A stretch of 64,000 nt of DNA from an uncultured Nitrospiraceae bacterium (GTDB taxonomy: Bacteria > Nitrospirota > Thermodesulfovibrionia > UBA6902): positions 7,657-71,656 of the forward strand of contig CAYFXR010000070.1 in the NCBI GenBank assembly GCA_964347155.1. The letters are read 5' to 3'. The notes under the pieces are model-generated. The model did no database searches. It had not been told where the DNA came from and worked only from the letters and a program-made list of their open reading frames with translations. Below, piece after piece: positions 1 through 11,153 of this stretch. The position numbers were made by a program, and so were the translations under genes. Position 1 is the stretch's first letter, and every line of letters starts with the position of its first letter.

Positions 1-2340
1 AGTATTTTAAGTATTTCATTTAACCTTGCCTTTGCTTTTTGTGTATCAGCGAGAATAAGTCTTAACGTGTTATTTTTAATCTCTGCTTTTTCTACCAAAG
101 GTCGAATATCAACAGTCTTATTATCTCTTGATACCTGGTAGTTTTGCATGTTCATAAAAAAATTTATGTGTTTTTCCAATGCCTTGTCAATATTTACTTC
201 ATATTCGTAGCGAGAAAAAAGATTATTCAACGATATTTCATTTTTTGGAATCAAGTATGTATCGAGCAATTTAAGCCCTTTTGGCATTTCAGAGTTCGCC
301 ATTATTAAAAAATGAGTTGTATCTATAAAAGATGACATTTCTATATCAAAGTGCTCGTTTAAGCCTTCAATTCCTACCGCAAGGGCAGGGCCAAATGAAA
401 TTTTTGGATGTGGGTGAAATCCGGTTGAGAAGGCAACAGGGATTTTTGCCCTTTTCATTGCCCTTACCATAGCTGTCATAAGTTCCTGATGAGAGAGATA
501 ACGCATTTCACCTGTTTTTGAAAACGTAACCCTCATTTTCCGGAATTTAGATTTCGGAATCTGGATCTCTGATTTGTGTGGTTCACTATCCGCAATCCGC
601 AATCCAGAATCCGCAATTTTTGTTCTCTCTTTGCATTCAAGTCCGCATCCATGGCAAACATCCTGGCAATCTAATGTTATTTTCCCCTGCAGTGCCTTTT
701 GATATTCAGATTTCAGAAATTCTTTTGTTATTCCTGTATCTATAAAATCCCATGGCAGTTTCGCATCAGTGTCAAGAGTTCGTGAAGCATAATTATAGAG
801 ATTAATCCCGGTTTTTTCAGATGCAAGAAGCCATGTATCGAAGCTGAATAGTTCTGACCATCCGTCAAAACGGCATCCGAGTTTCCAGGCCGTCTCCAAT
901 AATAGAGAACAGTCTATATCGCCTCTTGAAAATACTGCCTCAAGAAGGCTATGTTCAACATGCTGTCCTTTGAAGTTGATGTCTCTCTTTTTAAAGACTT
1001 TTTTAATATAATCCTGTTTTTCCCGAAGTTCCCTGAAATGGTTCTGCCCTATCCACTGAAATGGTGTGTGTGGTTTTGGAACAAAAGCTGAAACGCCTAC
1101 ATTGATGTTTACACGTCTGCTGGTTATTTCTAAGCCTTTTTTTGATGTATGTACTGCCATGTCTATGAGACCGTTAATGTCGGTTATGGTTTCTGTAGGC
1201 AGACCGATCATAAAATAAAGCTTTACGTTCTTCCAGTTTTCAGTAAAAAGTTTTTTTAATGTTTCTTCGTACTCTTCATGAGAAAAGTTTTTGTTTATCA
1301 CATCACGGAGTCTTTTTGTGCCTGCTTCGGGTGCAATTGTAAAGCCTGTCTTTCTTACACTCTTTATTTCCCTGAGGATGTCACTGTTTATTGCACCAAC
1401 CCTTAACGAGGGAAGCGAGATTGAAGTGTAAGAGCCTGCACACAGCTTGTTGAAGTTTTTGATTAAAGGCAATAAACTGCTGTAGTCCCCTATACTGAGC
1501 GAAGTAAAAGAGATTTCTTCATAGCCGGTATTGAAAATAGATTTTTGAGACAGAGAAAGGACATTTTCGAGAGATCTCTCCCGTAATGGTCTGTAGGTCA
1601 TTCCGGCCTGGCAGAAACGGCATCCCTTTGTACATCCTCTTGAAATTTCAATTGCCACCCTGTCGTGGACAATTGTCATAAAAGGCACTATTGGTGCATC
1701 GGGAAAGGGTGCTTTATTAAGGTCTTCAGTAATTCTTCTTTTAATTTTTTGTTTGTGTGTGTCATGAATTAACGGAACGAATACACCGTCTATTTGGGCA
1801 AGGGCAGAGAACAGATTTTCTTTAATTTTGAATTTTTTATATACATCTATAATCTCTTTTATAATATCCTCTCCATCACCAATAACAAAGGCATCAATAA
1901 ACGGAGCTAAAGGCAGGGGATTTACCGTGCAGGGACCTCCTGCAATGATGAGAGGATGACTCTCCATTCTGCCAGTTGTTTTTATAGGAATTTTGCCTAA
2001 ATCCAATATATTTAGAACGTTTGTATAAGATAGTTCGTATTGAAGTGTAAACCCGATAATATCAAAATCTTTTAGTGGTCGTTGATTTTCAAGTGATGTG
2101 AGCGGCAAATTATTTTGTCTGAGATATGATTCGAAATCTATCCATGGTGCATAGACCCTTTCGGCAGAGGCATATGGAATATTGTTTATAATTGCATACA
2201 GGATCTTAAGTCCTATATGGGACATCCCGATCTCGTACGTGTCGGGAAAACAGAGGGCTACATTTATGTCAGCATCTTTTCGGATTGTGTTTACTTCATT
2301 GCCGATATACCTGCTTGGTCTCTTGAAAATCGCATAATTC
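1..2340 (-). CDS. Radical SAM protein (B12-binding / TIGR03960-like) fused to a TIGR03936/DUF2344-like C-terminal domain. The 3' end runs off the window edge.
   Basis: Hand translation of the reverse strand starting at the ATG at 2338-2340 gives MNYAIFKRPSRYIGNEV...EISRGCTKGCRFCQAGMTYRP, a CxxxCxxC radical SAM motif, then ...RKMRVTFSKTGEMRYLSHQELM... The frame stays open through position 1. The ORF track lists no complete ORF in 1-2216, which fits one long ORF running off the edge. Confidence 0.6.
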
Positions 2341-2608
2341 ATAAACAATTTTCATTATGTCATAGGAAATTAATGAAATGCAATTTTGTACAGAATCATC
2401 TCGAATCCGATGTTAATGCAACTGTTTAGCAGACTGTTGCTTTTTTGCTTTGAATTTCAAGCATTGCATTCCTGAGGACTGATAGACAACTGTGGACGGC
2501 ATTTTTTTGGATTTAAAATCCATAGCCTTACATCCTCTGGAAAACTTTTCATCCCACGTCACAAAAAAATAAATGCATTTGAAACAACTTATCTTTTTCT
2601 GTTTCATA

Positions 2609-3511
2609 TTAAACTGACCTATTTTTTCTGTAAATTCTCCCTACCCCTGAACCATGTGGTTCAGGGCTTTGATGTACTGAAACGTTAGTGTGGTTATGTA
2701 TGTTTTTCTGAATATATTCAAGACACTGTTCATACCCTATCGGATTTCCGATATCAAAAAAGGTTCCTTGAAAATGGCAGCCAAGAAAGCCTTTTTCCTT
2801 AAGTGTTAAACAATGGACTGGGGTATTCGTAAATTCCTTTGCTTTAATTGTATCTCTCAGTTTTTCGATAAATTCAAAGATATGAGGACCTGAGATACTC
2901 ATTGCACAGGAGCGGAGTTCTCCTTTGAATCTCGGGACAAAATGTCCTTTACCCTTTTGATAAAATTTCTTGATACGGTATATGTGATCGTTTGCAGGTT
3001 CAATGTCTACTCTTCCCGCATTACTTAAACCTGCAGCATTTTCCCTTTTAACATCCACAAGAGCAATAACGTCAGTTTTATACCGGCAGTATATAGATTT
3101 TAGAACATTCAATATCCCTGGAGCCGGGAAGTAAATATTATCAGGGTTTATGATGCCTACAGAGTGGCTACCGACAATATTTTTGGCATAGCTTATTGCA
3201 TCAGATTCACCGAGAGGTTTTTTTTGATAAAGAAAAGTCAGGGAACACACCTGTCTGATTTTTTCTATGGAGGTCTTATCTTCAAAATATTGACGTATTA
3301 TTTCTTTTTGTTTACTGATAATAATAATTATATTTTTAATACCGGCTGAAATACCTTCTTCTACAGCATATTGAATAGCGGGCTTGTTCCCAATCGGCAG
3401 CATCTCTTTGGGTATATCAGGATTAACTTCCCGCATTCGGGTCCCAAGCCCTGCAGCGGGAATGATGAGATAATGAGGTTCGGATTTCTTAAAATTTTTA
3501 TTTGAGGTCAT
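2609..3511 (-). CDS. galU: UTP-glucose-1-phosphate uridylyltransferase-like sugar nucleotidyltransferase
   Basis: N-terminal IIPAAGLGTRMREVNPDIPKEMLPIGNKPAIQYAVEE matches the GalU/NTP-transferase glycine-rich motif. Length is 300 aa. Confidence 0.55.
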   Translation of the reverse strand: MTSNKNFKKSEPHYLIIPAAGLGTRMREVNPDIPKEMLPIGNKPAIQYAVEEGISAGIKNIIIIISKQKEIIRQYFEDKTSIEKIRQVCSLTFLYQKKPLGESDAISYAKNIVGSHSVGIINPDNIYFPAPGILNVLKSIYCRYKTDVIALVDVKRENAAGLSNAGRVDIEPANDHIYRIKKFYQKGKGHFVPRFKGELRSCAMSISGPHIFEFIEKLRDTIKAKEFTNTPVHCLTLKEKGFLGCHFQGTFFDIGNPIGYEQCLEYIQKNIHNHTNVSVHQSPEPHGSGVGRIYRKNRSV

Positions 3512-3557
3512 AGAATAATTCTGCCTGTAAACAGTCTAGAATGTCATTTTTCCCTTC

Positions 3558-4961
3558 TTATCGAATGACATTTTTCTTTAATTGCATTTTTTGTGTAATG
3601 TAGTCATCGATTGACCTTGCAGCACGTTTACCGGCGCCCATTGCGCTTATTACAGTTGCGGCTCCTGTTGAGATATCTCCTCCGGCGAAAATTCCCTTTA
3701 AATTAGTTCTGCCGTTATGGTCAACTTTAATATAACCGTCACCCCATAGTTTAAGTCTCTTAATTGATCTTACAAGTATCGGATTTGATGTTTGCCCGAT
3801 TGCCATAATAACCTGATCAACTCTCAATGTAAATTCCTTCCCTGTACATTCAGGCCTCCTTCTGCCTGACTCATCAGGCTCAGATAATACCATCTTGTCA
3901 CACTTGAGACTCTTTACCCAGCCTTTATCGTCACCGATAATCTCTTTGGGATTCGATAGAAAACGGAATATAATTCCTTCTTCTTTTGCGTTTTCGACTT
4001 CTTCGTGTCTTGAGGGCATTTCTTTTTCAGTTCTCCTGTAAATGATATAAACTCTCTCTGCTCCTAATCTTAAGGCCGTCCTGGCGGAGTCCATAGCGAC
4101 GTTTCCGCCGCCGATAACTGCTGCTTTTTTTGCCTTTTTAACAGGTGTATCAAATACAGGGAATTTATGTGCCTTCATCAGATTGACCCGTGTCAGAAAT
4201 TCCGATGCAAAGTATACATTGTTTAAATTCTCACCGGGTATACCCATATATTTTGGTGAACCGGCACCGACACCGATAAATACCGCTTTAAAGCCTTCCT
4301 CAAAAAGTTCATCAACAGTTTTTGTCCTGCCGATAACGAAATTGAGCAAAATTTTCACACCGAGCTTTTTTACAAAGTCGATCTCTCTTTTTATTATTTT
4401 TTTCGGAAGTCTGAACTCCGGAATGCCGTATGTAAGCACACCTCCAGGCTCATGGAGCGCTTCAAAAACGGTGACCTCATACCCTAATTTTGCAAGATCT
4501 GCAGCTACTGTAAGACCGGCAGGGCCTGAGCCTATAACCGCAACTTTATGACCGTTCGGTGGCTGTATTTCCGGTAATTGTATGTGCTCCAGCGTCGGCT
4601 CATAATCAGCGACAAAACGTTCCAGTGCGCCTATTGAGATAGGTTTTCCTTTTTTGCCGAGCAGGCAATTACCCTGGCACTGATTTTCCTGCGGACACAC
4701 CCTGCCGCAGATAGCAGGAAGCATGTTAAATTCATAAATTGCTTTAAGACCGCCGAGATAATCCTTGTCTCTGACAAACTTTATGAACTTCGGTATGTCT
4801 ATCTCCACTGGACAACCGGCAACGCAGAGAGGTTTTTTACATTGAAGACACCGGTCAGCCTCTTTAAAAGCCTGTCTTTCCGTTAAACCAATAGCAACTT
4901 CTTTAAAGTCTGATTTTCTTTTTTCAGGATTTCTGTATCGCATAAGTAAATCAGGGTTCAA
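3558..4961 (-). CDS. nfnB: GltD-like NADPH-dependent oxidoreductase, large subunit (NfnB/SudA-type, 2x[4Fe-4S] plus FAD/NAD(P) domains)
   Basis: CLQCKKPLCVAGCP and CGRVCPQENQC cysteine clusters; two dinucleotide-binding motifs (VAVIGSGPAGL, AAVIGGGNVAMD); 467 aa. The start overlaps the upstream PyrK-like gene, which is typical operon coupling. Confidence 0.6.
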   Translation of the reverse strand: MNPDLLMRYRNPEKRKSDFKEVAIGLTERQAFKEADRCLQCKKPLCVAGCPVEIDIPKFIKFVRDKDYLGGLKAIYEFNMLPAICGRVCPQENQCQGNCLLGKKGKPISIGALERFVADYEPTLEHIQLPEIQPPNGHKVAVIGSGPAGLTVAADLAKLGYEVTVFEALHEPGGVLTYGIPEFRLPKKIIKREIDFVKKLGVKILLNFVIGRTKTVDELFEEGFKAVFIGVGAGSPKYMGIPGENLNNVYFASEFLTRVNLMKAHKFPVFDTPVKKAKKAAVIGGGNVAMDSARTALRLGAERVYIIYRRTEKEMPSRHEEVENAKEEGIIFRFLSNPKEIIGDDKGWVKSLKCDKMVLSEPDESGRRRPECTGKEFTLRVDQVIMAIGQTSNPILVRSIKRLKLWGDGYIKVDHNGRTNLKGIFAGGDISTGAATVISAMGAGKRAARSIDDYITQKMQLKKNVIR

Positions 4962-5796
4962 GGATTCCTTTTTTTGTTTTTCTTAAAAATTTGTTTAATG
5001 ACTGTTCTTCTTCTTTTTTGTAGAAGTTTAATCGGCTCCACAGTTCTCCGAAGTCAACTTCATGCCCGTCAAACTCAGGCCCTTCAATACATGCGAATCT
5101 TGTTTTCCCTCCCACGTGAACTCTACAGGCACCGCACATGCCTGTTCCTTCCACCATGATCGGGTTGAGACTCACTATGGTTTTGATGCGGTAAGGCCTG
5201 GTCAATTCTGAAACCGCCTGCATCATTTTGAGAGGGCCGACAGCTATTACGATTTTAATGGAATTGCTTTCTATAACTTCTTTTAACACATCGGTAACAA
5301 ATCCTTTTTCGCCGTAACTTCCGTCATCTGTAGCAATAAGAATATCCGTAGAGTGCTCCCTGAATTTATCTTCCCATATGAGAAGTTCTTTAGTTCGAGC
5401 TCCGAGAATGATGGTAACTTTATTTCTTTTCTCCTTTAACGCCTTAAGTATCGGATGAAGGGTAGCCGAACCAATACCGCCGCCTACTAATAAACAATGT
5501 CCGTATCTTTTGACAGGAGTGGGATGTCCGAGTGGGCCTGTGATATCCCGGATTTCGTCACCGGTATTAAGCATGCCTAATTCTTCCGTTGTCTTGCCAA
5601 CTTTTTGAAACAGCAATGTTATAGATCCGTTTTCTCGATCACAATCTGCAATGGTCAAAGGAATCCTTTCTCCTTTCTCATGAAGTCTCAGGACGACAAA
5701 ATTCCCGGCTTTTGCATGTTTGGAAATATAAGGCGCACTTATTATTATCATGTCAACCTGTGGTGCTATTGATTGTTTTTGTAAAATTTTAAACAT
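4951..5796 (-). CDS. nfnA: PyrK-like ferredoxin-NADP reductase-type small subunit (NfnA/SudB-type)
   Basis: 281 aa. FAD/NAD-binding fold (LLVGGGIGSATL). C-terminal GMCGACRVHVGGKTRFACIEGPEF 2Fe-2S cysteine motif. Paired with the GltD-like subunit downstream. Confidence 0.55.
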   Translation of the reverse strand: MFKILQKQSIAPQVDMIIISAPYISKHAKAGNFVVLRLHEKGERIPLTIADCDRENGSITLLFQKVGKTTEELGMLNTGDEIRDITGPLGHPTPVKRYGHCLLVGGGIGSATLHPILKALKEKRNKVTIILGARTKELLIWEDKFREHSTDILIATDDGSYGEKGFVTDVLKEVIESNSIKIVIAVGPLKMMQAVSELTRPYRIKTIVSLNPIMVEGTGMCGACRVHVGGKTRFACIEGPEFDGHEVDFGELWSRLNFYKKEEEQSLNKFLRKTKKGILEP

Positions 5797-5838
5797 TGTT
5801 TTATATTCTAACCCAAAAATCGACTCTGCATTATTGGG

Positions 5839-6570
5839 CTAGTCTCTCATCCCATGTGCAAGAGCTGTTACATATATATCGCGGGCACCGGCTTTTTTTA
5901 GTACATTCGAGCATTCGCCTACTGTGGCGCCAGTGGTTATTACATCATCTACCAGTAAAATATTTTTTCCCTCAATAAGTTTATTATTTCTTATTTCAAA
6001 TGCCTTTTTAATGTTTTTTATTCTGTCATGTGAACTTAATCCTACCTGTGGCATTGTATCTTTGATTTTAACAAGACAGTTAAATATGGCTTTACCCCCG
6101 ATGCATTTTGCTATGTACTGAGCGAGAAGAGCAGATTGGTTGAATTCCCTCTGTCTGAGGCGTTTCTTATAAAGCGGGATAGGAATAATTAAATCAACGC
6201 AGGGTATATTTACCCCGCACCGAGATTTCTCTGGTGTGGGGATTATCTGAAGCATTATTTCAGATAACGGTTTTGAAAGTCTTTTTATTTTGTGATACTT
6301 AAATAAATTTATCGCCCTTTTTAATGCGCCGTCGTATAATCCATAACTTCTTGCTGTCTTAAATGCAGGTTCGTTTTTAATGCACTCACCGCATGTCATA
6401 GATACGTCGGAAGTAAGGGGTCTTCCGCATTTCCGGCATGTGTGGCCTTTATATGGATATATTGTTTGCCAGCACCCAGCGCATATTGGTGCAATTTTAT
6501 GATCTAATGATGGTTTTTCACAGATCGGGCAGGATTGTGGGAAAAGGATATTTAAAAATCTATTTAACAT
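5839..6570 (-). CDS. comF: ComF family protein (phosphoribosyltransferase domain, N-terminal zinc-finger cysteines)
   Basis: CPICEK...CAGC...CRKCGRP...CGEC cysteine pairs plus C-terminal PRTase motif ILLVDDVITTGATV. The likely start is the internal Met MLNRFL. The track ORF extends to 6621. Confidence 0.55.
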   Translation of the reverse strand: MLNRFLNILFPQSCPICEKPSLDHKIAPICAGCWQTIYPYKGHTCRKCGRPLTSDVSMTCGECIKNEPAFKTARSYGLYDGALKRAINLFKYHKIKRLSKPLSEIMLQIIPTPEKSRCGVNIPCVDLIIPIPLYKKRLRQREFNQSALLAQYIAKCIGGKAIFNCLVKIKDTMPQVGLSSHDRIKNIKKAFEIRNNKLIEGKNILLVDDVITTGATVGECSNVLKKAGARDIYVTALAHGMRD

Positions 6571-6674
6571 AAAAAAGAATACCAGAATGCAAGGGTTCAA
6601 TGAACAATTAACAATGATCAATTAGTAAAAAATTTCTGCATTGTTCATTACTCATTGATAACTGGTAATTGTGT

Positions 6675-7892
6675 TTATGCTCCGAACTTCTTCAGCCTCC
6701 CTGCATGAGCGAGTGCCAGCGGCATAAGATTCATTGCAGGAAAAATTCCGAGTTCGCCTTTTACACATTCTCTCTCGGAAAAAACCTTGCAAATACCTCC
6801 AAGGACATAAGGAGATTTAATTAGTACAGGTACCGGATGCCAGCTATGGCTTTTTATGCGAGATGGTGTTGAATGGTCACCAGTTATAATAAGGACATCC
6901 GGTTTTAACCGGAATATATCCGGCAGGAGTTTATCAAACTCCTCTATCTTTGCTGCCTTGCCCTCAAAATTACCATCCTCACCATATGAGTCAATTTTTT
7001 TAACATGTAGAAAGAAAAAATCATATTCATTGTATGTATTCTGTAAAAATGTAATTTCATCTTTAACATTACCTTCAATAGCAGGTGTATCCATTTCCAT
7101 AAGACGTGCAAGCCCTCTATACATGGGGTAAGTGGCAATGGCAAGAGCTTTTAATCCAAACGCCTCATGAAAAGTAGGAATATTCGGCATACTGGAGAAT
7201 CCCCTCGTAAGGATAAAGTTAGCCTTTTCCTCATTTTTCAGTATTTCGTGTGCCATATTTATTAATCTCTCAGAAATCTGTGATACTTTTTCAGCATTTT
7301 TTGAAAGGGGTTTTGGGGGAAAAGGTGTTTTTCCCTCTTTCTGTGGGTCAGTATCGGTTATCATAGCTGAATCAGGGTCGAGAGCATCAGGGAATCTCAT
7401 CAAAATAGCAAATCTATGTTCCACGCCTGATGCAAATATAAGTTCTACATCATTGATTTTGCCTATCTCATTTTGCAGTTTCTCTGTAAGCTTCCTGTTT
7501 TGTTCGGTAGGTATCCTCCCGGCCCTTCTGTCAATAATAATTCCATCTTTGATTGTTGCATAATTGCCCCTCGCTGCTACATCTGTCCTTCTCACTTCAA
7601 GATCGAGTCCAAGGGCCTCCAAGATTCCCCTTCCGATCTGGCAATCTATGGGATTATATCCAAATATACCAAGATGTCCAGGGCCGCTTCCTGGGGTAAT
7701 TCCATAAGCGACAGGTATATGGAGCCCACATGCAGATTCGTTGGCCAGTGTATCAAGATGTGGCGTATGCGCAGTTTCAAGCTCGGTCCTCCCCGAGGCA
7801 TCAGGGAGTCCACCGAGTCCATCGAGAACTATGAGCAAAATCTTTGTAACATTTTTTTGTATGAGTGGTTTTATTAAATCCTGCATATTCAT
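6675..7892 (-). CDS. apgM: Cofactor-independent phosphoglycerate mutase, archaeal-type (ApgM family, alkaline-phosphatase superfamily)
   Basis: KILLIVLDGLGGLPD...TPHLDTLA N-terminus and overall 405-aa architecture typical of ApgM. Confidence 0.6.
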   Translation of the reverse strand: MNMQDLIKPLIQKNVTKILLIVLDGLGGLPDASGRTELETAHTPHLDTLANESACGLHIPVAYGITPGSGPGHLGIFGYNPIDCQIGRGILEALGLDLEVRRTDVAARGNYATIKDGIIIDRRAGRIPTEQNRKLTEKLQNEIGKINDVELIFASGVEHRFAILMRFPDALDPDSAMITDTDPQKEGKTPFPPKPLSKNAEKVSQISERLINMAHEILKNEEKANFILTRGFSSMPNIPTFHEAFGLKALAIATYPMYRGLARLMEMDTPAIEGNVKDEITFLQNTYNEYDFFFLHVKKIDSYGEDGNFEGKAAKIEEFDKLLPDIFRLKPDVLIITGDHSTPSRIKSHSWHPVPVLIKSPYVLGGICKVFSERECVKGELGIFPAMNLMPLALAHAGRLKKFGA

Positions 7893-7983
7893 GGTATGAT
7901 TGTCCTCCCCGTAATGCCTGAAAAAATTTTACACGAATTAAAACCGGAAAATGGTGAAACGCGCCCCTACATTTTTACTCATT

Positions 7984-8886
7984 TTATTTTATCAACATCT
8001 CAAGCAATGCCTTCTGTGTATGCAACCTGTTTTCCGCCTGATCTATGACAACACTCTGAGGAGAATCTATTACATCGTCGGTTATCTCTTCCCCTCGGTG
8101 TGCAGGGAGGCAGTGCATAACAATTGCATCGGGTTTTGCAAGAGAAAGGAGGTTTTGATTTAATTGATATTTTTTAAATATCTGCTTTCTTCGTTCTATA
8201 TCTCTTTCCTGTCCCATGCTTATCCACACGTCCGTATAAAGCGCATCAGCATCTTTTGCAGCCTCATAAGGGTCTATTATGACTTTGACTTTAGCTCCGC
8301 TGGCAGTGACTTTTTCATAAATTTTTCTGTCAGGATAGTAACCCTGAGGGCATGCAAGAACGAGGTCCAAACCTGTTAATAATGCTGCTTCCAGTAATGA
8401 ATTGGCAACGTTATTGCCGTCGCCAACGTAAGCAAGACGTACGTCTTTTAGTCTGCCCTTTTTTTCCATGATTGTTAACATATCTGCAAGCGCTTGGCAA
8501 GGATGATGCAAATCTGTAAGGCCATTAATCACAGGAATTGTAGCATTATTAGAAAGCTTTTCAATTGTTTCGTGGGCATAGGTTCTAATGACGATTCCAT
8601 GTAGATATCTTGCAAGTACCTTTGCGGTATCTTCTATAGTTTCTCCCCTTCCCAGTTGTAAATCTTTTGTGTTGATATATATTGCCTGTGCCCCGAGTTG
8701 ATATATACCGGTTTGAAAGGATATCCTCGTTCTTGTTGACGTCTTATCAAACATAAGCCCGATACTTTTCCCTATGAGCGGGCATTTTGAGATGTCTTTG
8801 CCTGCTTTGAACCCGGCGGATCTTTTCAGAAGAGCGTTCATCTCCTCTGATGATAGATCCAGCAATGTAAGAAAATCTCTTTTCAT
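7984..8886 (-). CDS. argF: Ornithine carbamoyltransferase
   Basis: STRTR carbamoyl-phosphate-binding motif and HCLPAHRGEE ornithine-binding motif; 300 aa; adjacent to argD. Confidence 0.8.
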   Translation of the reverse strand: MKRDFLTLLDLSSEEMNALLKRSAGFKAGKDISKCPLIGKSIGLMFDKTSTRTRISFQTGIYQLGAQAIYINTKDLQLGRGETIEDTAKVLARYLHGIVIRTYAHETIEKLSNNATIPVINGLTDLHHPCQALADMLTIMEKKGRLKDVRLAYVGDGNNVANSLLEAALLTGLDLVLACPQGYYPDRKIYEKVTASGAKVKVIIDPYEAAKDADALYTDVWISMGQERDIERRKQIFKKYQLNQNLLSLAKPDAIVMHCLPAHRGEEITDDVIDSPQSVVIDQAENRLHTQKALLEMLIK

Positions 8887-8952
8887 CTTCGTATCTCTTT
8901 CTTTAATAATTTTTTATGAGTAAATCCCAATTTAATAACTGCTTATTACAAA

Positions 8953-10149
8953 CTATGATTGATTTCCAAAAATATCTTCAAAGACGTCAATAAGATAATC
9001 AATTTCTTTTTCAATAACTATAAGAGGAGGGGTAAAACGAAGCACATTGCCGCTTGTGCAGCTTATGAGAATTCCTCTCTGGGCACATGACTCAACAATG
9101 GGGCTAGCAGTTTTTGTTAATTCAAGACCAAGCATAAGCCCTAACCCTCTTACTTCAATAATATCTGAAGGAAAGTCTTCCTTTAATTTTTCAAGTTTGC
9201 TCATAAAGTATTGTCCAATACGCCGACAATTATCCAGGATGAAGCCGTCTTCAAGCAAGATTTCTATTGTTGCAACCGCTGCCGCACATGCAAGAGGATT
9301 TCCTCCAAAAGTTGAGGCATGTGTTCCATGCTGAAATGATACTGCTACGGCATCTTTTGCAAGTATTGCACCTATCGCAACCCCTCCTCCAAGTCCTTTT
9401 GCAAGGACAATTATATCAGGTTTTATATTAAAATGTTCATATGCAAAGAGCTTCCCGGTTCTCCCAATACCTGTCTGGACTTCATCAAGGATAAGTAAAA
9501 GTTTATCTTTGTTGCATATTTCATGGACTTGTTCCAGATAGCCTTTTGAAGGCATCTTGATACCGCCTTCGCCCTGAATCGGTTCAAGCATTATAGCGCA
9601 TGTATGCTTTGTAATAGCTTTTTTGATAGCATCAATATCATTAAATGGTACATGTTTGAATCCGGGAACTAACGGTTCAAAACCTTTTTGCACTTTTTCT
9701 TGTCCAGTAGCGCTCAGTGCTGCAAGGGTTCTGCCGTGAAATGAACCATAGGCGGTTATAATTTCATATTTATTTGGTGAAATATGGTCTTTTGTATACT
9801 TTCTTGCAAGTTTTATTGCTCCTTCAATTGCTTCTGCACCTGAATTACAGAAGAAGGCCTTGTCTGCACATGAATGTTCGACTAAAAGCTTGGCAAGCTT
9901 AATCTGTGGCTCAATATGGTATAAATTAGAAACATGGAGAAGTCTTTGTGCCTGTTTTTGCAATGCAATTACAACCTTAGGGTGGCAATGGCCAAGACAA
10001 TTTACGGCAATGCCGCCAACAAAGTCGAGGTATTCTTTTCCATGAGAATCCCATACTTTCATTCCCCTTCCTTTCCTCAAAACAATAGGGAAGCGATTAT
10101 ATGTGTTCATTAAATATTTTTTAGACTCTTCTATAAATTTTTTCTCCAT
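8953..10149 (-). CDS. argD: Acetylornithine aminotransferase (class III PLP aminotransferase)
   Basis: 398-aa class-III aminotransferase fold (GGGVAIGAILA, LILDEVQTGIGRTG). Operonic with argF. Confidence 0.65.
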   Translation of the reverse strand: MEKKFIEESKKYLMNTYNRFPIVLRKGRGMKVWDSHGKEYLDFVGGIAVNCLGHCHPKVVIALQKQAQRLLHVSNLYHIEPQIKLAKLLVEHSCADKAFFCNSGAEAIEGAIKLARKYTKDHISPNKYEIITAYGSFHGRTLAALSATGQEKVQKGFEPLVPGFKHVPFNDIDAIKKAITKHTCAIMLEPIQGEGGIKMPSKGYLEQVHEICNKDKLLLILDEVQTGIGRTGKLFAYEHFNIKPDIIVLAKGLGGGVAIGAILAKDAVAVSFQHGTHASTFGGNPLACAAAVATIEILLEDGFILDNCRRIGQYFMSKLEKLKEDFPSDIIEVRGLGLMLGLELTKTASPIVESCAQRGILISCTSGNVLRFTPPLIVIEKEIDYLIDVFEDIFGNQS

Positions 10150-10247
10150 GGTTTAAACAATATAACATAAATCATTTAAGTAGCAAAAGTATCGGGATCA
10201 GTGGTAGCTATTTGTTTTAACAGCGATCATTTCGCTATAATTAATTT

Positions 10248-10712
10248 ATGTTAAAAAAAGGTCAAGCTTCCTCTTGTGAGATATTAATAAAAGCTGACAG
10301 AAAGACCGGTAACCGTAACAGATATTATCCTTTTCAAAATAATTTTACATGGAAAGGAGTAAAGGTTCAAAAGTATAAATCAAGAGGAGATGATTGGTCA
10401 GATATAAAAAGGCAGGCCTTGATAGGCGACTCTGGCGAAACTGCAAAATTTCATCTCAGATATTTTGAGATAATGCCCGGAGGATACAGCAGCTTTGAAA
10501 CTCACAAACACGAACACGTGGTAATTGGCATCAGAGGTAGAGGAAAGGCAAGGCTTGAAAAGAGGAATATTGATATTGAATTTCTCGATATTCTTTATAT
10601 TAACCCGAACACCCCACACAAATTTTATAATCCCTATAAAGAACCCTTTGGATTTTTTTGCATCGTTAATGCAAAAAGGGACAGGCCGAAGATTCTAAAA
10701 AAGCAGGGTTGA
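10248..10712 (+). CDS. Cupin-domain protein
   Basis: HKHEHVVIGIRGRGKARLE...PNTPHKF is a cupin two-His motif arrangement. Ends with TGA. Confidence 0.4.
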   Translation: MLKKGQASSCEILIKADRKTGNRNRYYPFQNNFTWKGVKVQKYKSRGDDWSDIKRQALIGDSGETAKFHLRYFEIMPGGYSSFETHKHEHVVIGIRGRGKARLEKRNIDIEFLDILYINPNTPHKFYNPYKEPFGFFCIVNAKRDRPKILKKQG

Positions 10713-10855
10713 CTGTTTGTAGGAGATATGTGTCTTAAGTGATAGTATTATTCATAGCAGATTTTGTTACAATAAAAAAATTTTAATAATGGTAAATGTC
10801 AAGACTCAAGTGACTATATGTCAAAGACTGAAAATGTAAAATAAGGAGATCAAAG

Positions 10856-11059
10856 ATGTCAGAAGTTACATTAAAAATTCAAGGGATGAGTTGTCAACAT
10901 TGTGTTATGAATGTGAAAAAAGCTGTTGACCGTATTGAGGGGGTCAACTCTTCAGCTGTCTCGATTGGCTCTGCTAAAATTGAATATGATGAATCAAAGA
11001 CAAACAAAGAAGCAATTGCCCAAGCTGTTCAGAATGCCGGATACAAAGTGATTGGATGA
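10856..11059 (+). CDS. copZ: Heavy-metal-associated (HMA) copper chaperone
   Basis: 67 aa. GMSCQHC metal-binding motif in a ferredoxin-like fold. AGGAG-type RBS upstream. Ends with TGA, which shows TGA is a genuine stop here. Confidence 0.75.
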   Translation: MSEVTLKIQGMSCQHCVMNVKKAVDRIEGVNSSAVSIGSAKIEYDESKTNKEAIAQAVQNAGYKVIG

Positions 11060-11153
11060 ATTATATATGCACTTTTTAAGAAAAGATTAGCATTAGCCGT
11101 TATAAATTTTTAATCGCATGAGAAAAAAATCTATAAAAGGAGATTCTATCAAT